A stretch of 64,000 nt of DNA from the NCBI RefSeq assembly GCF_006345805.1, contig NC_043018.1, forward strand, positions 21,700,001 through 21,764,000, given 5' to 3'. Positions within the stretch are counted from its first letter, which is position 1, and each line of letters starts with the position of its first letter. Both the position numbers and the translations under genes were made by a program. Under the pieces are notes generated by a model, which worked only from the letters and a program-made list of their open reading frames with translations, searched no databases and was not told where the DNA came from. This stretch comes from Octopus sinensis (Eukaryota). Of this stretch, positions 27,371 through 40,822 are shown in pieces.

Positions 27371-28199
27371 ACCTGAAACCATCGATGGTATAAGGATATC
27401 ATGACTGCTGATTTCAGATGTTTACGGTCTCGGTCAGTGTGTACGTGTATAATTGTGTGCATTGACTGCAGCATCTGAGTACTTTAGCTCTTATTTCTAG
27501 CACTGTAGATGTCCTAACATCCTCTGTCACATTGATGCAAACAGGGAAAATAGAACTCCAATTTATACTCTTTTACTTGTTTCAGTCATTTGACCGCGGC
27601 CATGCTGGAGCACCGCCTTTAGTTGACCAAATCGACCCCATGGTAGTGGCTCTGTGATGAATTTGGAAAACATTTCAAAGAATTTGAAAGGGAACTGACA
27701 AGCCGCAGGGCTGTATTACACTCCAATGTCATCATTGGTATGGTTCAACAGCTGGATGCTCTTGCTAATGCCAATCTATTTACTTAAGGTGGGGGAGTGG
27801 GTTAGAGACAGGAAGGCGTCTAGCTGTAAAACAATACCTCAATAATATATTCATCTAACCCATGCCAGCGTGGGAAAACAGTTGTAAAATGAACAAATAG
27901 ATGGATGAATAATTTAACCCTTTAGCATCTAAACTGATCACATCCAACCGAAATATTCTACCCATTTTGTGTTCAGACTGGCCAGATCCAGCCTCTCACA
28001 CCAACCCTACAAAGTCATTCTTAAAATAAACAATGTGAACCAATAAGTATTGCATTTGGCAGAATAATCTGAATTCTAAAGGGTTAAGTCATGTTCTTGG
28101 CATTTAACAAGAGACTATTGTCAACTTCAGAAACTGGTTCAGTGTTTGATCAAGTGAGATTCCCATAGTGACCACCTCATCTATAACATTAACGATTTT

Positions 28200-28505
28200 T
28201 TGTTTGTTTGTTCCTTCTTGAGCCACGCCTGGCTCATAAGGGCCAGTTTCCTGGTTTCCTTGGCGTATAGGTTCCCCACCTGAACGGGATGCCGGTCTGT
28301 CGCAGGTGAGCTGCAAGATGCAGGAGGAAAGAGTGAGAGATAGTTGTGGCGAGAGAGTCAGCAGAAGTTCGCCATTACCTTCTGCCAGAGCCGCGTGGAG
28401 ATTAGGTGTTTTGCTCATAAACACATACATCGCTCAGTCTGAGATTCGAACCCGCGATCCCTCGACCGTGAGTCCGCTGCTCTAACCACTAGGCTATGTG
28501 CCTCC
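28200..28505 (-). mobile_element. SINE family D with V-domain-like tail
   Basis: Tail is homologous to 2606-2720. Confidence 0.75.
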
Positions 28506-28546
28506 CCAACATTAACAATGGCTGAGCCAGAGAGAGAGAGAAAGAA

Positions 28547-28780
28547 AGTTAGTTAGTTAATTTTTTGGCTCAAAAAGCAAAAAGCAAGGCCATGTAGGGG
28601 GACATGGAGTTATGTGCAGGGTGGTGTTCATGTAAAGAGTTCAGGCCACTTGTGGTCAAGGGAGACTTTGAACCGAGCGGTCGTCGGCATCTTCACTATC
28701 TCGTCCAGCAGCTTATTCCACGGATCCGCAACCCGGACGGAGAAAGGCCCTCTCCTTTGTAGGTTTGAAGAATTGCTGAC
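28547..28780 (-). mobile_element. CR1/L2-type LINE 3' end
   Basis: RRGPFSVRVADPWNKLLDEIVKMPTTARFKVSLDHKW* matches R..FS.RV...WN.LP.E.V......FK..LD; (AACT)n tail. Confidence 0.75.
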
Positions 28781-28959
28781 TTTGTCTTGGACAGTGATTA
28801 ACCTTTTTGTTACCATGTTTCTCTTGAATAAAACTCTCTTTATTTCAACCAATTTTGAAAATAATTAAGAATTTACTAGAATATTTTTGTCATTACTAAG
28901 CTGGTAATTGGGTCATAAATTAACGTAGAAGCTTAGTGGGAAATTTTTTATTTAGATCC

Positions 28960-29352
28960 GAAATTGATCAACATCAATGGAAATTGCAGCTGTGATACCA
29001 GTGCCGCTGGTGGCATGTAAGAGAACCATCTGAACGTGCCGGTGGCACGTAAAAAGCACCATCCGATCGTGGCCGTTTGCCAGCCTCATCTGGCCCCCGT
29101 GCCGGTGGCATGTAAAAAGCACCAACTGATCATGGCCGTTTGCCAGCCTCGTCTGGCACCTGAGCAAGTGGCACGTAAAAAGCACCCACTACACTCACGG
29201 AGTGGTTGGCGTTAGGAAGGGCATCCAGCTGTAGAAACACTGCCAGATCAGACTGGGCCTGGCGAAACCTCCTGGCTTCCCAGACCCCAGTTGAACAGTC
29301 CAACCCATGCTAGCATGGAAAACGGACATTAAACGACGATGATGATGATGAT
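28960..29352 (+). mobile_element. Family A copy with about 3 internal units
   Basis: Same core sequence and (GAT)n tail. Confidence 0.8.
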
Positions 29353-29877
29353 CTTAAAATGGGAAGTTTGTACCATGGAAGCAAGGCTGGTTTTGAGCAG
29401 GTGAGTACCAAAGGTGTTCACAGGTAAAAACAGATGGGCTCTCATTGAATATGTAAACATCCAGATTGAAGCTAAACAACAACAACAACAACAAACATTT
29501 GACAACATGAACAACAACAATAACAATAATAATAATAATAATAATAATAACAACAACAACACAAAGAGAGCCAAGTTCATTGACATTATTTTTCTTTATT
29601 TAAGTCTGGGAATATTTCATCTTTGATTACATTATGAGGGCAGACATTTAGTGAAGAGGAGGAGAGGAAGAAGAAGGAGTCAACAAATAGAAGAGAGAGA
29701 GAGAGAGAGAGAGTAGGAACAGGAACCGTGGAAACATAAAAATTGTAAAAAAAAAAAAAAAATCAAAAAACGAAAACAAAAAATAAACAAAAAACAAAAC
29801 AAACAGCAAAGATGAGAAGACTATCATTATTATTATTGTTGTTGTTGTTGTTGTTGCTGCAAGTGGTAACAGTGGTG

Positions 29878-29909
<32 letters not shown>

Positions 29910-30570
29910 TATAATAATTATAATGATTTTTAGGCTGAAAGAACAAGAAAGAAAGTTACAAAAAAAGTTATAACCGAAGAAGATAAATTAAAGGTGAAGT
30001 GTTGGGGGAGGTGATGGGGGTGGGATGGGGTGAAGTAATCAAGGTGTAGATTGGGGGGGGGGGGGGTGGAGGTTGTTTTGTAATGAGAAGGGGGGAGCGG
30101 TGGTGGTGGTAGTGGTGGTGGTGGTGGTTGTAGTGGTGGTGGTGGTGGTGGGGTGGTTGTGGTGGTGGTGAAGTTCTATCGTGAGTTTGTAAAAAGGCTA
30201 TGGGCCCCGGAGAACAGGGTACGAAGTAGAAGTAAAGGAGACATTAATTTCGAATCATGATTCCCAAACTGATTGTCGTTGTTATTACAGTTACCTTTTA
30301 ATTAATTTTTTTTTTTTTTTAAATCATCATCATCATCATCATCATCGTCGTCGTCGTCATCATAAGCCATCATCATCATCATCATCGTCATCATCGTCAT
30401 CGTCATTGTCAATGTCATCATCATCATCATCATCATCATCGTCAGCATCGTTATTAATTATTCTCTCTCGTCTTGTCATAATGTGATGACAACAACCTCG
30501 GATATCCTCACAAGCTACTTTTTATCGATTCGTCGAAGGAAAAATTTTTTTTTTTTTTGTTGTTCAGTAC

Positions 30571-30612
<42 letters not shown>

Positions 30613-30960
30613 AGAGAGATAAATTCTATCTTTAGAGAGTAACCCGCTTGTTATATATAATTGAGTGAGAGAATGGAATACAGGAGTTGTCAGCAGACTT
30701 TAGAGTAGAGGTGTGTCCACAGAGTTTATGATAGATACAAGAGTACCCAGATTACAAGAGATATGTGAAAATCCACAGATCCGCAGAGATTGTTTTAAGA
30801 CAGAGACAGGAGTACTCACAAAGATTTATGAGATAGAGACAGGATCATCTTAGAGTATCCACAGAAAATACTTTTAATACAGATACAGGAGTATCCATAG
30901 ACAGACTTAAGAGACAGGAGAATCTACATATTAAGAAATACAGGAGTATCCACAGACAGA

Positions 30961-31269
30961 ATTTTAAGACAGATACAGGAGTACTCATATTTTAAGACAG
31001 ATACAGGAGTACCCAGATTTTAAGATAGGGACAGGAGTACCCAAATTTTAAGACAGGGACAGGAGTACCCAAATTTTAAGATAGGGACAGGAGTACCCAA
31101 ATTTTAAGATAGGGACAGGAGTATCCAGATTTTAAGACAGATACAGGAGTACCCAAATTTTAAGATAGGGACAGGAGTACTCAGATTTTGAAGACAGATA
31201 CAGGAGTACCCAAATTTTAAGATAGGGACAGGAGTATCCAGATTTTAAGATAGGGACAGGAGTATCCAG
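30961..31269. repeat. 28-bp minisatellite, 11 units
   Basis: Consensus attttaagatagggacaggagtacccaa; degenerate units extend left to about 30670. Confidence 0.92.
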
Positions 31270-31470
31270 TGAGCGTCCAGAGAGAGACTATTAAGACAGA
31301 GAGTTAGAATCCACAGACTTTTAAAGATTACAGGAGTGTCGAAAGAGGAGGCGGCGGATTTGAATGGCGTCAAAATGTGAATAGTGTTTGTTTGGAGATA
31401 CAGTGAGATATCTGGGAATGATCTGAGAGATTTTGGTGAGAATCGGTTCTAGTAAATAACACAACAGACA

Positions 31471-31489
31471 CTGCCTCTAGATGGCAGCA
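31471..31489 (+). promoter_or_regulatory. CTCF consensus motif
   Basis: ctGCCTCTAGATGGCAGCA fits the CTCF core RCCWSYAGRKGGCRSYA at every position. Confidence 0.55.
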
Positions 31490-32179
31490 GAAGTTCTACT
31501 GATAGCAACAAGGTCCTTTAGAAGAAGTATAAAATATACACCCTGGACAAAAATGTGATGTAAGTGTTGACAAGAAATTGTCCTGTTTGCTTTGTTTTTG
31601 TTTTTTTTTTGTTTGTATATATTTATATTTATAATTTTTTTTTTTTTTTCACATTTTCTTCAAATTTCAGAGTAAAAATAACCCTCCATTCCTTTATTTT
31701 GGGAGATTCCTGAAGATGTTTCTGGAACTGGCAAATGAAAACATAAATAAAAATAAAAAGAAACAAAACTGGGAAGAATAAATTAAAAAAAAGCAAAAAC
31801 AAAAACCAAAAGATACAAAAAAAAAAAAAAAAATTTCAAAAATGGAAATAATAATAATAATAATAATAATAATCAGAAAAAATGTTTTTCTTTATGAATT
31901 TTATTTAAATGTTAATAACCTTGCCAAAACACTAATGATATAGAAAGTATACTGTCTGTTGTTGGAAATAAAATTGACTTGCAGTGAAACGGGTGGTAGG
32001 AAAAGAAATCAAAAACATGGCAAGAGGTTATGAAACAGTTTGGTTTGCTCACCATGATTCAATGGAATTATTACATAATTGAACTGGATGATCATCAGTT
32101 GGACAAAGCACAACACACCTGATATCATGACATTGGTTTTCTTTTATACAATTCGACACACCAAATATTTTTTTCCATG

Positions 32180-32351
32180 GCATGGTTATTATATATATAT
32201 AGATGTGTGTGTGTGTGTATGTATGTGTGTATATTTAAATGTATGTTGTGTGTGTGTGTGTGTATATATATATATAATATATATATATATATATAGATAG
32301 ATAGTACATGTTAAAAGTATTTAAATATATACTGTGATTTTGAAAATTCTG

Positions 32352-32391
<40 letters not shown>

Positions 32392-32394
32392 TAA

Positions 32395-32446
<52 letters not shown>

Positions 32447-32653
32447 AATATATATGTATATATATATATATAAATATAATGTATATATATATATATATAA
32501 ATATATATTATATATATATATAAATTATATATATATATATATATATATTAAATATATTATATTATATATAATATATATATTGTATATATATATATAATAT
32601 ATATATGTATATATATAAATATATATGTATATTATATATATATATATAATAAA

Positions 32654-32684
<31 letters not shown>

Positions 32685-32759
32685 AATATATATATATGTA
32701 TATTATATATAAATATATATTATATGTATATATATATATATATAAATATATATATATGT

Positions 32760-32823
<64 letters not shown>

Positions 32824-32845
32824 ATAATATATATATATATATATA
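32180..32845. repeat. Degenerate (TA)n field
   Basis: Seen directly. Confidence 0.9.
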
Positions 32846-33045
32846 CTTTATTTAAAAGCAGCAGAAATTCAACAAAACCTGTTACTCGGAGTTTCACAAA
32901 AACTGTCCGACGAACGGGAATGTGAAACTCCGAGTAACAGGTTTTGTTGAATTTCTGCTGCTTTTAAATAAAGCATATTACTCTACCCCTGGTATTTGAG
33001 TACTTTTTTTTCCACCTTGTTTCACATTTATGTGTTTACTCCGGT
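32845..33045. mobile_element. Fold-back Penelope-derived element (same family as 38428-38700)
   Basis: ctttatttaaaagcagcag...ctgctgcttttaaataaag palindrome followed by a shared tail. Confidence 0.75.
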
Positions 33046-33682
33046 ATATATATATATATATATATATATAATGTATAAATACACGTGTGTATGTATATAT
33101 GTATAAATATATATGCATTGGTCATAAAAAGCATTATTGTCACATGTAAATAATAACTTGGAGTCAAAGTAGGTACAAAGGATTCTGGTTGTCCAGTCTT
33201 TACAAGTCAGTTCTTTGTAGCATAAGTTATTTTTTTGTCAGCTTGTTTGCCTTTTCCTTCACAAGAGATGATAATCAATGAATCAATCATTAATCAATAT
33301 ATATATATATACATATACACACTATAAACAAATGACAGATTTGGGGATGGGAGTGGGATATTCTGTAAATTTGTTAATATTAAAAAAAAAAAAAATGTTT
33401 GTTTCTCCATAACCATTTCTATTGTATGCAGTTCGTGTTTAAATGGAGTTGGTTTAAAATGGGAAAGAATTATATATATATAATTATTGGGATTAACTAA
33501 GCTACTGATGGTTTCATGGAAATTTCACAAGTTTTCAAGCGTTTCGTTTAAGTATGTTGGTAATTCCTCTTCATGTTTCATAAAAAATTGTGAAATCACC
33601 TGCATGAAACCAGTGGTAACATTGTTAATTTCAAATAAAGAATGCAGTTCTGAGTGCTTTGGTCTTACTGTTCAATGCTATC

Positions 33683-33714
<32 letters not shown>

Positions 33715-34059
33715 ATACATACACACACATATTCTACAACTTCCCAGATTACATTTCAGTATTCCATCCATATTGGCATGTAAAGGGGATTTTTTCACAG
33801 AAATAATTTTTTCTTCTTCCATGCAAAACATTAGACTAACCTTCTCTCTCTCTATCTCTTTTTTCTTTCTAGTTTTATTTCTCATCAACACATACAGATA
33901 TCTGAGAACTATTTTGATGGAGAATAAGACAACAACAAAAAAAATGAATTCAAAGAAAGTAATTTCCTCCTTCCTTTGTATTATTATTATTATTATTATC
34001 ATCATCATTATTATTGTTTGAGAGGTACTGGGTGGAAGAGATAACAGTGCACTAAGGAT

Positions 34060-34095
<36 letters not shown>

Positions 34096-34439
34096 GAAAA
34101 AGAAATCAGAGAGTAATAAATAGAAATTGATAAAAATCAAATTCTTAGAATTTCTATTTTCATTCAAGAGAAATTCAGGAGTAAGATAAATTATTTGATT
34201 GGTTAAAAAAAAAAATAATAATTAACAAAATTATCAATTAACTACTGAAATAATTTATCTAAAAACTATTTTAGTTTGAGTGAGAAATAAATTAAAATTG
34301 TGGTGTTTTAAAAAGATAAAACTGTTTTGATTTAGGTGAGAAAATTTTAATGAACAGAAAAAAAAAAAAAATCAGTGCATTTTAGTTTGAAAATAATTGT
34401 TTCTAGGTTAAAATAATGGCAACATGTTTTTTATATGTA

Positions 34440-34476
<37 letters not shown>

Positions 34477-34625
34477 AGAGAGAGAGAGAGAGAGTGTGTG
34501 TGTGTGTGTGTATATATATACACACATGTGTATAGTCCACAAATGACATCCAGAGATTCTCAGTACAATTGTCCCTATAGATGGGTATGTATGTATATAT
34601 ATATATATGTGTGTGTGTATGTATG

Positions 34626-34660
<35 letters not shown>

Positions 34661-36263
34661 ATATATATATATGTACAGGTGTGTGTGTGTGTATATATTT
34701 GAATATATATGTGTAAGTATATGTATGTGTCAAGTATGAATAACTGGTAGGCTGTAGTAAAGATGTTTCTTTTGGGGTATCTATTCGTTGAGGAAAAAAT
34801 TAAATAAATTAAATATTTTTCTGATCTGTGGTAGGGATGTGTCCAAGATTTAAAAAATTCCCACCTGAACCAACAACATATAGGACTTTGTGTTTTAACT
34901 TCCATATTTGTGGCATTTTCTAGAAGTTTGGTGACTGCAGACCATCACTAGTTGTGTCAGAACCTGTTTAGTACACACACATGTATACATATACACATGC
35001 ATTCATATATATCCATATATACACACACACATAAACACATACCTATACATGTGTATGTATATGTATATGCATATATACCAACAGATAGATATATATATAT
35101 ATATAATATATATGACAGACTCCCTACTCATTAGACGATGTATGAAGGTTCGACAAGTTCTTACTGATCAATCACACAAATGATTTGTTTTTAGGGATCA
35201 AATGTTTGTGTAGACACAAGCTCACTCCCTCCATCAAACTGACATTACCTGTACAGGTGCAACATGAAATGAAGTGCTTTGCTCAAGAACACAATGCAAT
35301 GCCCATTCTGGCAATTGAACCCTTGATCTTGCAATTGTGAGTGCAACACCCTAACCACTAAGCCATGCACCTTCACACACACACATACATATATGCCTAA
35401 ATACACACATATATAGAAGTATATGTATACATAAACACACACACAAACTGTTTGCAAGATTTTTGTTTTAAACCAAAAGAATTTCAAAAAATACCAAAAA
35501 GAAAAACAAACTAAAATTCTAAGAACACAAGAATACAAAGAAAACAGAAACATCCCGATTCTTAGCATCATTACCGAGAGTCTGTATGTCCATATTTGGT
35601 AATTCAATTGTCCTAGTGTCCATTCACTGATGAAGTACAAAGCTATAATGGGAAACATCATATTATTTGCTAACGAGAAGACTAACGAGACGAGTAATTG
35701 GTTTTAAGAGGATATATTGACTTTTGCTTTTAATATATATCTCAATCCTTATTACTGCATTGTTACAGAAAACTGTAATTAATGATCATTCTTTCGCCAT
35801 AGGTAAACTATGATCCTTTAGATTTATTGGACTACAGACATTCCATCTGTTGCCATTCTGAATATTTTCATTATTTTTTTCTTGTATTGGTATTTAGTAC
35901 TAGGTCAAGTAACCAGCTACAATTGTAGAAATAATATAAATAGTAAATTATATGTTATTTTAATCTATATAGAGTTGTATAGTGGAAATTGGGCTTGTAG
36001 AGGAGAACCACAGGTAAAAATATTTTTCTCAGGGTTTTTTAAACTGCCAAAACTGTGTAAGTATAAGAGCATTTAAGAGTCATTGACCAGACGGATTTGT
36101 CTGAGAATTCTTCAAGGACAAAAGACATTAGCACAAACTCTCTTTAGCAATCTAAGACTAATATGGTTCTAAAATTAACCAATTACGAAGGCTAATTTCA
36201 GGATGTCAACATCGAGATATCAGTAGTCTTACTTCACTACAAATGTCAAGTCTCACCTCTCAC

Positions 36264-36395
36264 CATGATGGCTAATTCTAGCAGTACAGATGTCACTAGT
36301 CTTACTCCATCATGAAGGCTAATTCTAGAAGCACAGATGTCAATAGTCTTATCTCATCATGATGGCTAATTCTATTAGTATAGACATCAATAGAG
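36264..36395. repeat. 47-bp tandem repeat (about 3 units) plus adjacent 25-bp duplication
   Basis: catgatggctaattct recurs at 36264, 36311 and 36358. Confidence 0.8.
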
Positions 36396-36939
36396 CTCTA
36401 TACAAATTATGAAAATAGAGTTCTATGCAAATTATGAAAATAGAGGCAAAAGAGAACTTTTAGCCTAACATCAAATTATTTCACAAACATCTGAGTAGAT
36501 CAATCACATTATATTCTAGATTAATGACTGGAGATTTACAGTGAGAAGGTGAATCCTTACCAACTTTGGAGAGATGAAATACTTAACTCTTTCCCCACTA
36601 ATAATAATAATAATCCTTTCGTATACAGGCAAGAGGCCTGAAGTTTATCTTAAGGGAAGAAAGAAATGCTATTTTAAGGTTGATAAAATTTATTCCTATA
36701 AAAGAAAAAACAAAACAAACAAACAAAAGAAGAAGATTGGTTCATTCATTCAATATTGGAATCTTTTATTCATCATTGTTCAGGTAATTTAGATAATGTA
36801 GTTGTTTATTTAGGTTCCTAGGCTTCAAACTACATTTGTTGTTCTGTCAGGGTGTGCTGTGGCAATAACAACAGCAGTCGTTCGTCTCCCTAACCAATGG
36901 TGATGCTTTGACCAACAGGACATTCCTTGCATGCACAAG

Positions 36940-37280
36940 CAAATATATATATATGAACATATGTATATACACACACCTCTATATATAGATATATACATGC
37001 ATATATATATACATGCAAATATATATATATATATATAAAGCATTCATACATACAAGCATTCACATATATACATGTATATACATACAAGCATATATATATA
37101 TATCTATATATATATATATACATACAAGCATTCACATATATACATGTATATACATAGAAAGCATTCACATATATACATATATATATACATACAAGCATTC
37201 ACATATATATGTATGTATATATATATATACATATACATACATACATACATACATACACACACAGATATATACCTACACAG
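36940..37280. repeat. (TA/TACA)n field with a higher-order unit
   Basis: tacaagcattcacatatatac recurs several times. Confidence 0.85.
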
Positions 37281-37555
37281 ACACACTTGGGGAGAAATGA
37301 AAAATCTAGCAAATGTCAGTAGATGAACCAAAGAAGAAAAAAAAAAAAACTCTGTTCAGTGATGTTTTGTTATTTATTTGGCAGTTTATATAAATTCTGA
37401 GATAAAAATTCTTAAAAACCTACCATTCATTTAGCTCTTATGTAATGAGATATAAATACTGACTGCACAGAGGATTCAGTAAAACAAGTAAAAAAACCCA
37501 AAAAACAAAACAAAATCAAAAGCAATGTGTTTGTCTATACACTCTCTCTCTCTCA

Positions 37556-37602
<47 letters not shown>

Positions 37603-38032
37603 CACACACTCTCTGTAATGGTGAAAAACCTTGTATATGCTATTTAGACATACTCGCAAACAGGGGTATTGGTTAAGTTGCGTAATTAATTAACCAAACC
37701 TCAGCTGAAATAAATTACAAGACAATGACTCGAAAGGTGAAACCTTTTATTTATTTATTAATTAATTAGGGAGATTGTACTAATTATTATGAACAGAATT
37801 CTTCGACTGAAAACCTATTTCGTTTGTCGAAGATTAACAAAAGAAAATTTTCTGGCTTCACAAATATTCTGTCTATGTATTATTGTATAATTATGTGTGT
37901 GTGTGTGTGTATATATATGCATATATACATAATATATATACACACATGTATGTGAATATATACATGCATGATGATGATATGTGTGTGTGTGCATGCATTT
38001 CATATATATATATATATAATATATATATATAG

Positions 38033-38064
<32 letters not shown>

Positions 38065-38106
38065 GTATATATATATATATATAGATATATATAGATATGT
38101 ATATAT

Positions 38107-38142
<36 letters not shown>

Positions 38143-38427
38143 AATTCACACCCTAGGTAAATTACACATGGATACACAGTGTGACATAGTTCTACTCGCA
38201 AATATTGTTGGAGCTAGACTTTAGATGCGGATGATGACAGCGATATAACAAAGTTGGTTAAGACAATGGACATAACAACAAAAACAACAACAGTAATAAC
38301 AACTTTCGGTAGTACAATGTAAATGACCAACACACACGTGTTCAGTCATGCCATTTTGCACCACTGCAGTTCATGTCAAGTAAAAGAAGGTGGTGAAGAA
38401 AAGATATACACACACACATATATATAT

Positions 38428-38699
38428 ATATATATTCTTTATTTAAAGCAGCAGAAAATTCAACAAAACCTGTTACTCTGAGTTTCCCGTTGCCGTTCAT
38501 CGGACAGTTTTTTGCTAGAATGGAACCAGTTTGCTTGAATCGGTTCCATCCTAGCAAAAACTGTCCGATGAACGGCAACGGGAAACTCAGAGTAACAGGT
38601 TTTGTTGAATTTTCTGCTGCTTTAAATAAAGCATATTACTCTACCACTGGTATTTGAGTACTCTTTTTTCCACCTTGTTTCACATTTATGTGTTTACTC

Positions 38700-38700
<1 letters not shown>
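38428..38700. mobile_element. Fold-back Penelope-derived element with near-perfect arms of about 100 bp
   Basis: Arms about 38428-38527 and 38542-38631; hammerhead-like motif in each arm. Confidence 0.8.
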
Positions 38701-38746
<46 letters not shown>

Positions 38747-40625
38747 AATGTATATATATTGTTCACTCACCAGTATTTCAAATTGTTGATGTCGTTGTCA
38801 TTGTTGACAAAGCTCCTCTTGATGGCTTAGATGACTTTTATTGTCTTTCTTCTCTCATTGTTCGCTTAATTTTGACAAAACAGAAATGGAAGTGTCACAC
38901 ACACGCGTGCACACACACACACACGCGCATACAAACATCTATGCATGCACACGCATAATCTGACAAATACACAAATATATAATTACACATACACTTGCAC
39001 ATTCATGGACACATTCACACACACACACACACACATACACAACTGCTCAAACATGGCTACAGTAACACACACCATCGCATACACGCATAATCAAACACTC
39101 ACACACACATATATATATATACAATACACATATAGTATCATACTCCTAGTGACATCAATTGTAAAAGCTGAGCGCACACACACACACACACACATATACA
39201 TATATATATATGTGTGTGTGTGAGGGTGGAACATAGATGTAGGGACACACAGCAGTTTGGACTGAATTATCCTTGTGGAGAGTGATGACGTCTGGAACTT
39301 CTGCAGAGACAAAGTCTTGGATGTGTCGATGATATAAGATATCTGGCAGATGTCTTAGAGAGAGAGAGATGCATACGTGTACATCGTGTGTGTCTTTGTA
39401 TGGTGTTCACAGAGAGAGAGACAGAGAGAGAGAGAGGGGGAGGGAGATATGTACATATGTGTGTGTGTTTGTGTGGTGTCTAAAGAAAAAGAGAGCATTA
39501 AGGAAGGGAGAAAGAAAGAGGGGACAGACAGACAGACAAGGTTAGATAAGAGACAAGAGTGGGAGAGATAAGGGACTGATGATGACCATAAACGAGAGAA
39601 TTTGTGGTAAAATAAAAAAAAAACTTCACACAGACAGACAGGGGGGAAAAAAAATACAAATAAGGGTTGGAAAAAAAAAAAATAAAATGAAGTTATCACA
39701 AGGACATAAAATATATATTATCATTATTAATTATTTTTTTTTTTTTTTTCAGGTAAGCCAGTAAAGTAAAAGGAGAGAGAAAAATTTAATCATAGTTAAT
39801 CCTGATTGAAGTTTGTTGGAGAAATGATGTCAGTTTTGCTGGTATGTAAAATGTTCAGACAAGATTCTCCGTGTTTTTGGGTGGGGAAGCTCTATACTCT
39901 CACAATAACATGGCAACAAAAAAAAGGGATGTTTTGTGGTAGGGGACAGAGTTAGAGCCAAGTTTAGGTCTTTAGTTGTTTTTTTTTTATGGGGGAGTAG
40001 GGGGTATGCATGTGTATATTTTTTCGGTTTTTTTTTTCCAAGTTTCTTTTTATTTATATTATACATTATTTCATGTTTTTTTTTTGTTATTCAGAGTATC
40101 AATTCCCCACAAGTCTCATGTACCCTTGTACCAGGTTTAAGGGGGGGAGGAGAGAAAAGTCTGCATATATCTATCTATATATATATAGATATATATATAT
40201 ATATACATATAGATTAAAATGTATGTGTAGCAACAGGCAGGGTTCAGAGATTAGCAGCTGTTGTCCAGGAAGGTTTTACTGTCAAACGGTTCATGCCTTG
40301 CAGATGTAGTAGTAGTAGTGATAGTAATAATAATAATAATAATTATAATAATAATAATAGTTGTAGTATGTTGAAATGATGCTGGATCAATGTCCAATGG
40401 CTTCTCCCACTTTTGAGGGAAGGAGCTAGAATTTTAGCAATAAACACAAACCGTCACAGACAAAAAAAAAAAATTTTTTTTTTTTTTAAATGAAAACATT
40501 TTCCTTCCTGTAGTTTTTTTTTTTTTTTGGAATTCAACATCTTGCTTGCTTCAAAAAAAAAAAAAAAGTTTCCAGACAGGACTCTGTTAGGTAAGACCCT
40601 CCCCCCACCCCTGCACACAAAATGT

Positions 40626-40822
40626 TCAGCCAAGATAAACCCTAAAAGAACGCTCTATAGGGGTTCGACAAAGAGGACAGTGCCTGACAGATTTGCCACA
40701 GTCACTACAACACACCAGATGCCCACATGGAATAAACGTAACGTTGATGTCATTATCCATACAGATTTTGCATTGGTTTAATTCTTTCAAATTACGATTT
40801 TCCTCCAAAAGTTCTTCAAGTC
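40626..40822 (-). CDS. IAP terminal exon: coiled region plus C3HC4 RING (RLEELLEENRNLKELNQCKICMDNDINVTFIPCGHLVCCSDCGKSVRHCPLCRTPIERSFRVYLG*)
   Basis: C-x2-C-x11-C-x-H-x3-C-x2-C-x6-C-x2-C spacing with the RING at the extreme C-terminus, typical of IAPs. Acceptor tttctttttctttctctttttag; TGA at 40626-40628. Confidence 0.93.

Noticed and set aside
30961-31269. CRISPR-like array
   Set aside because: Contiguous units without unique spacers, in a eukaryotic context with no cas genes; it is a minisatellite.
33525-33599. Minus-strand terminal-exon-like segment VISQFFMKHEEELPTYLNETLENL* as a RING-less IAP end
   Set aside because: It is phase 0, incompatible with the phase-1 donor of the large exon.
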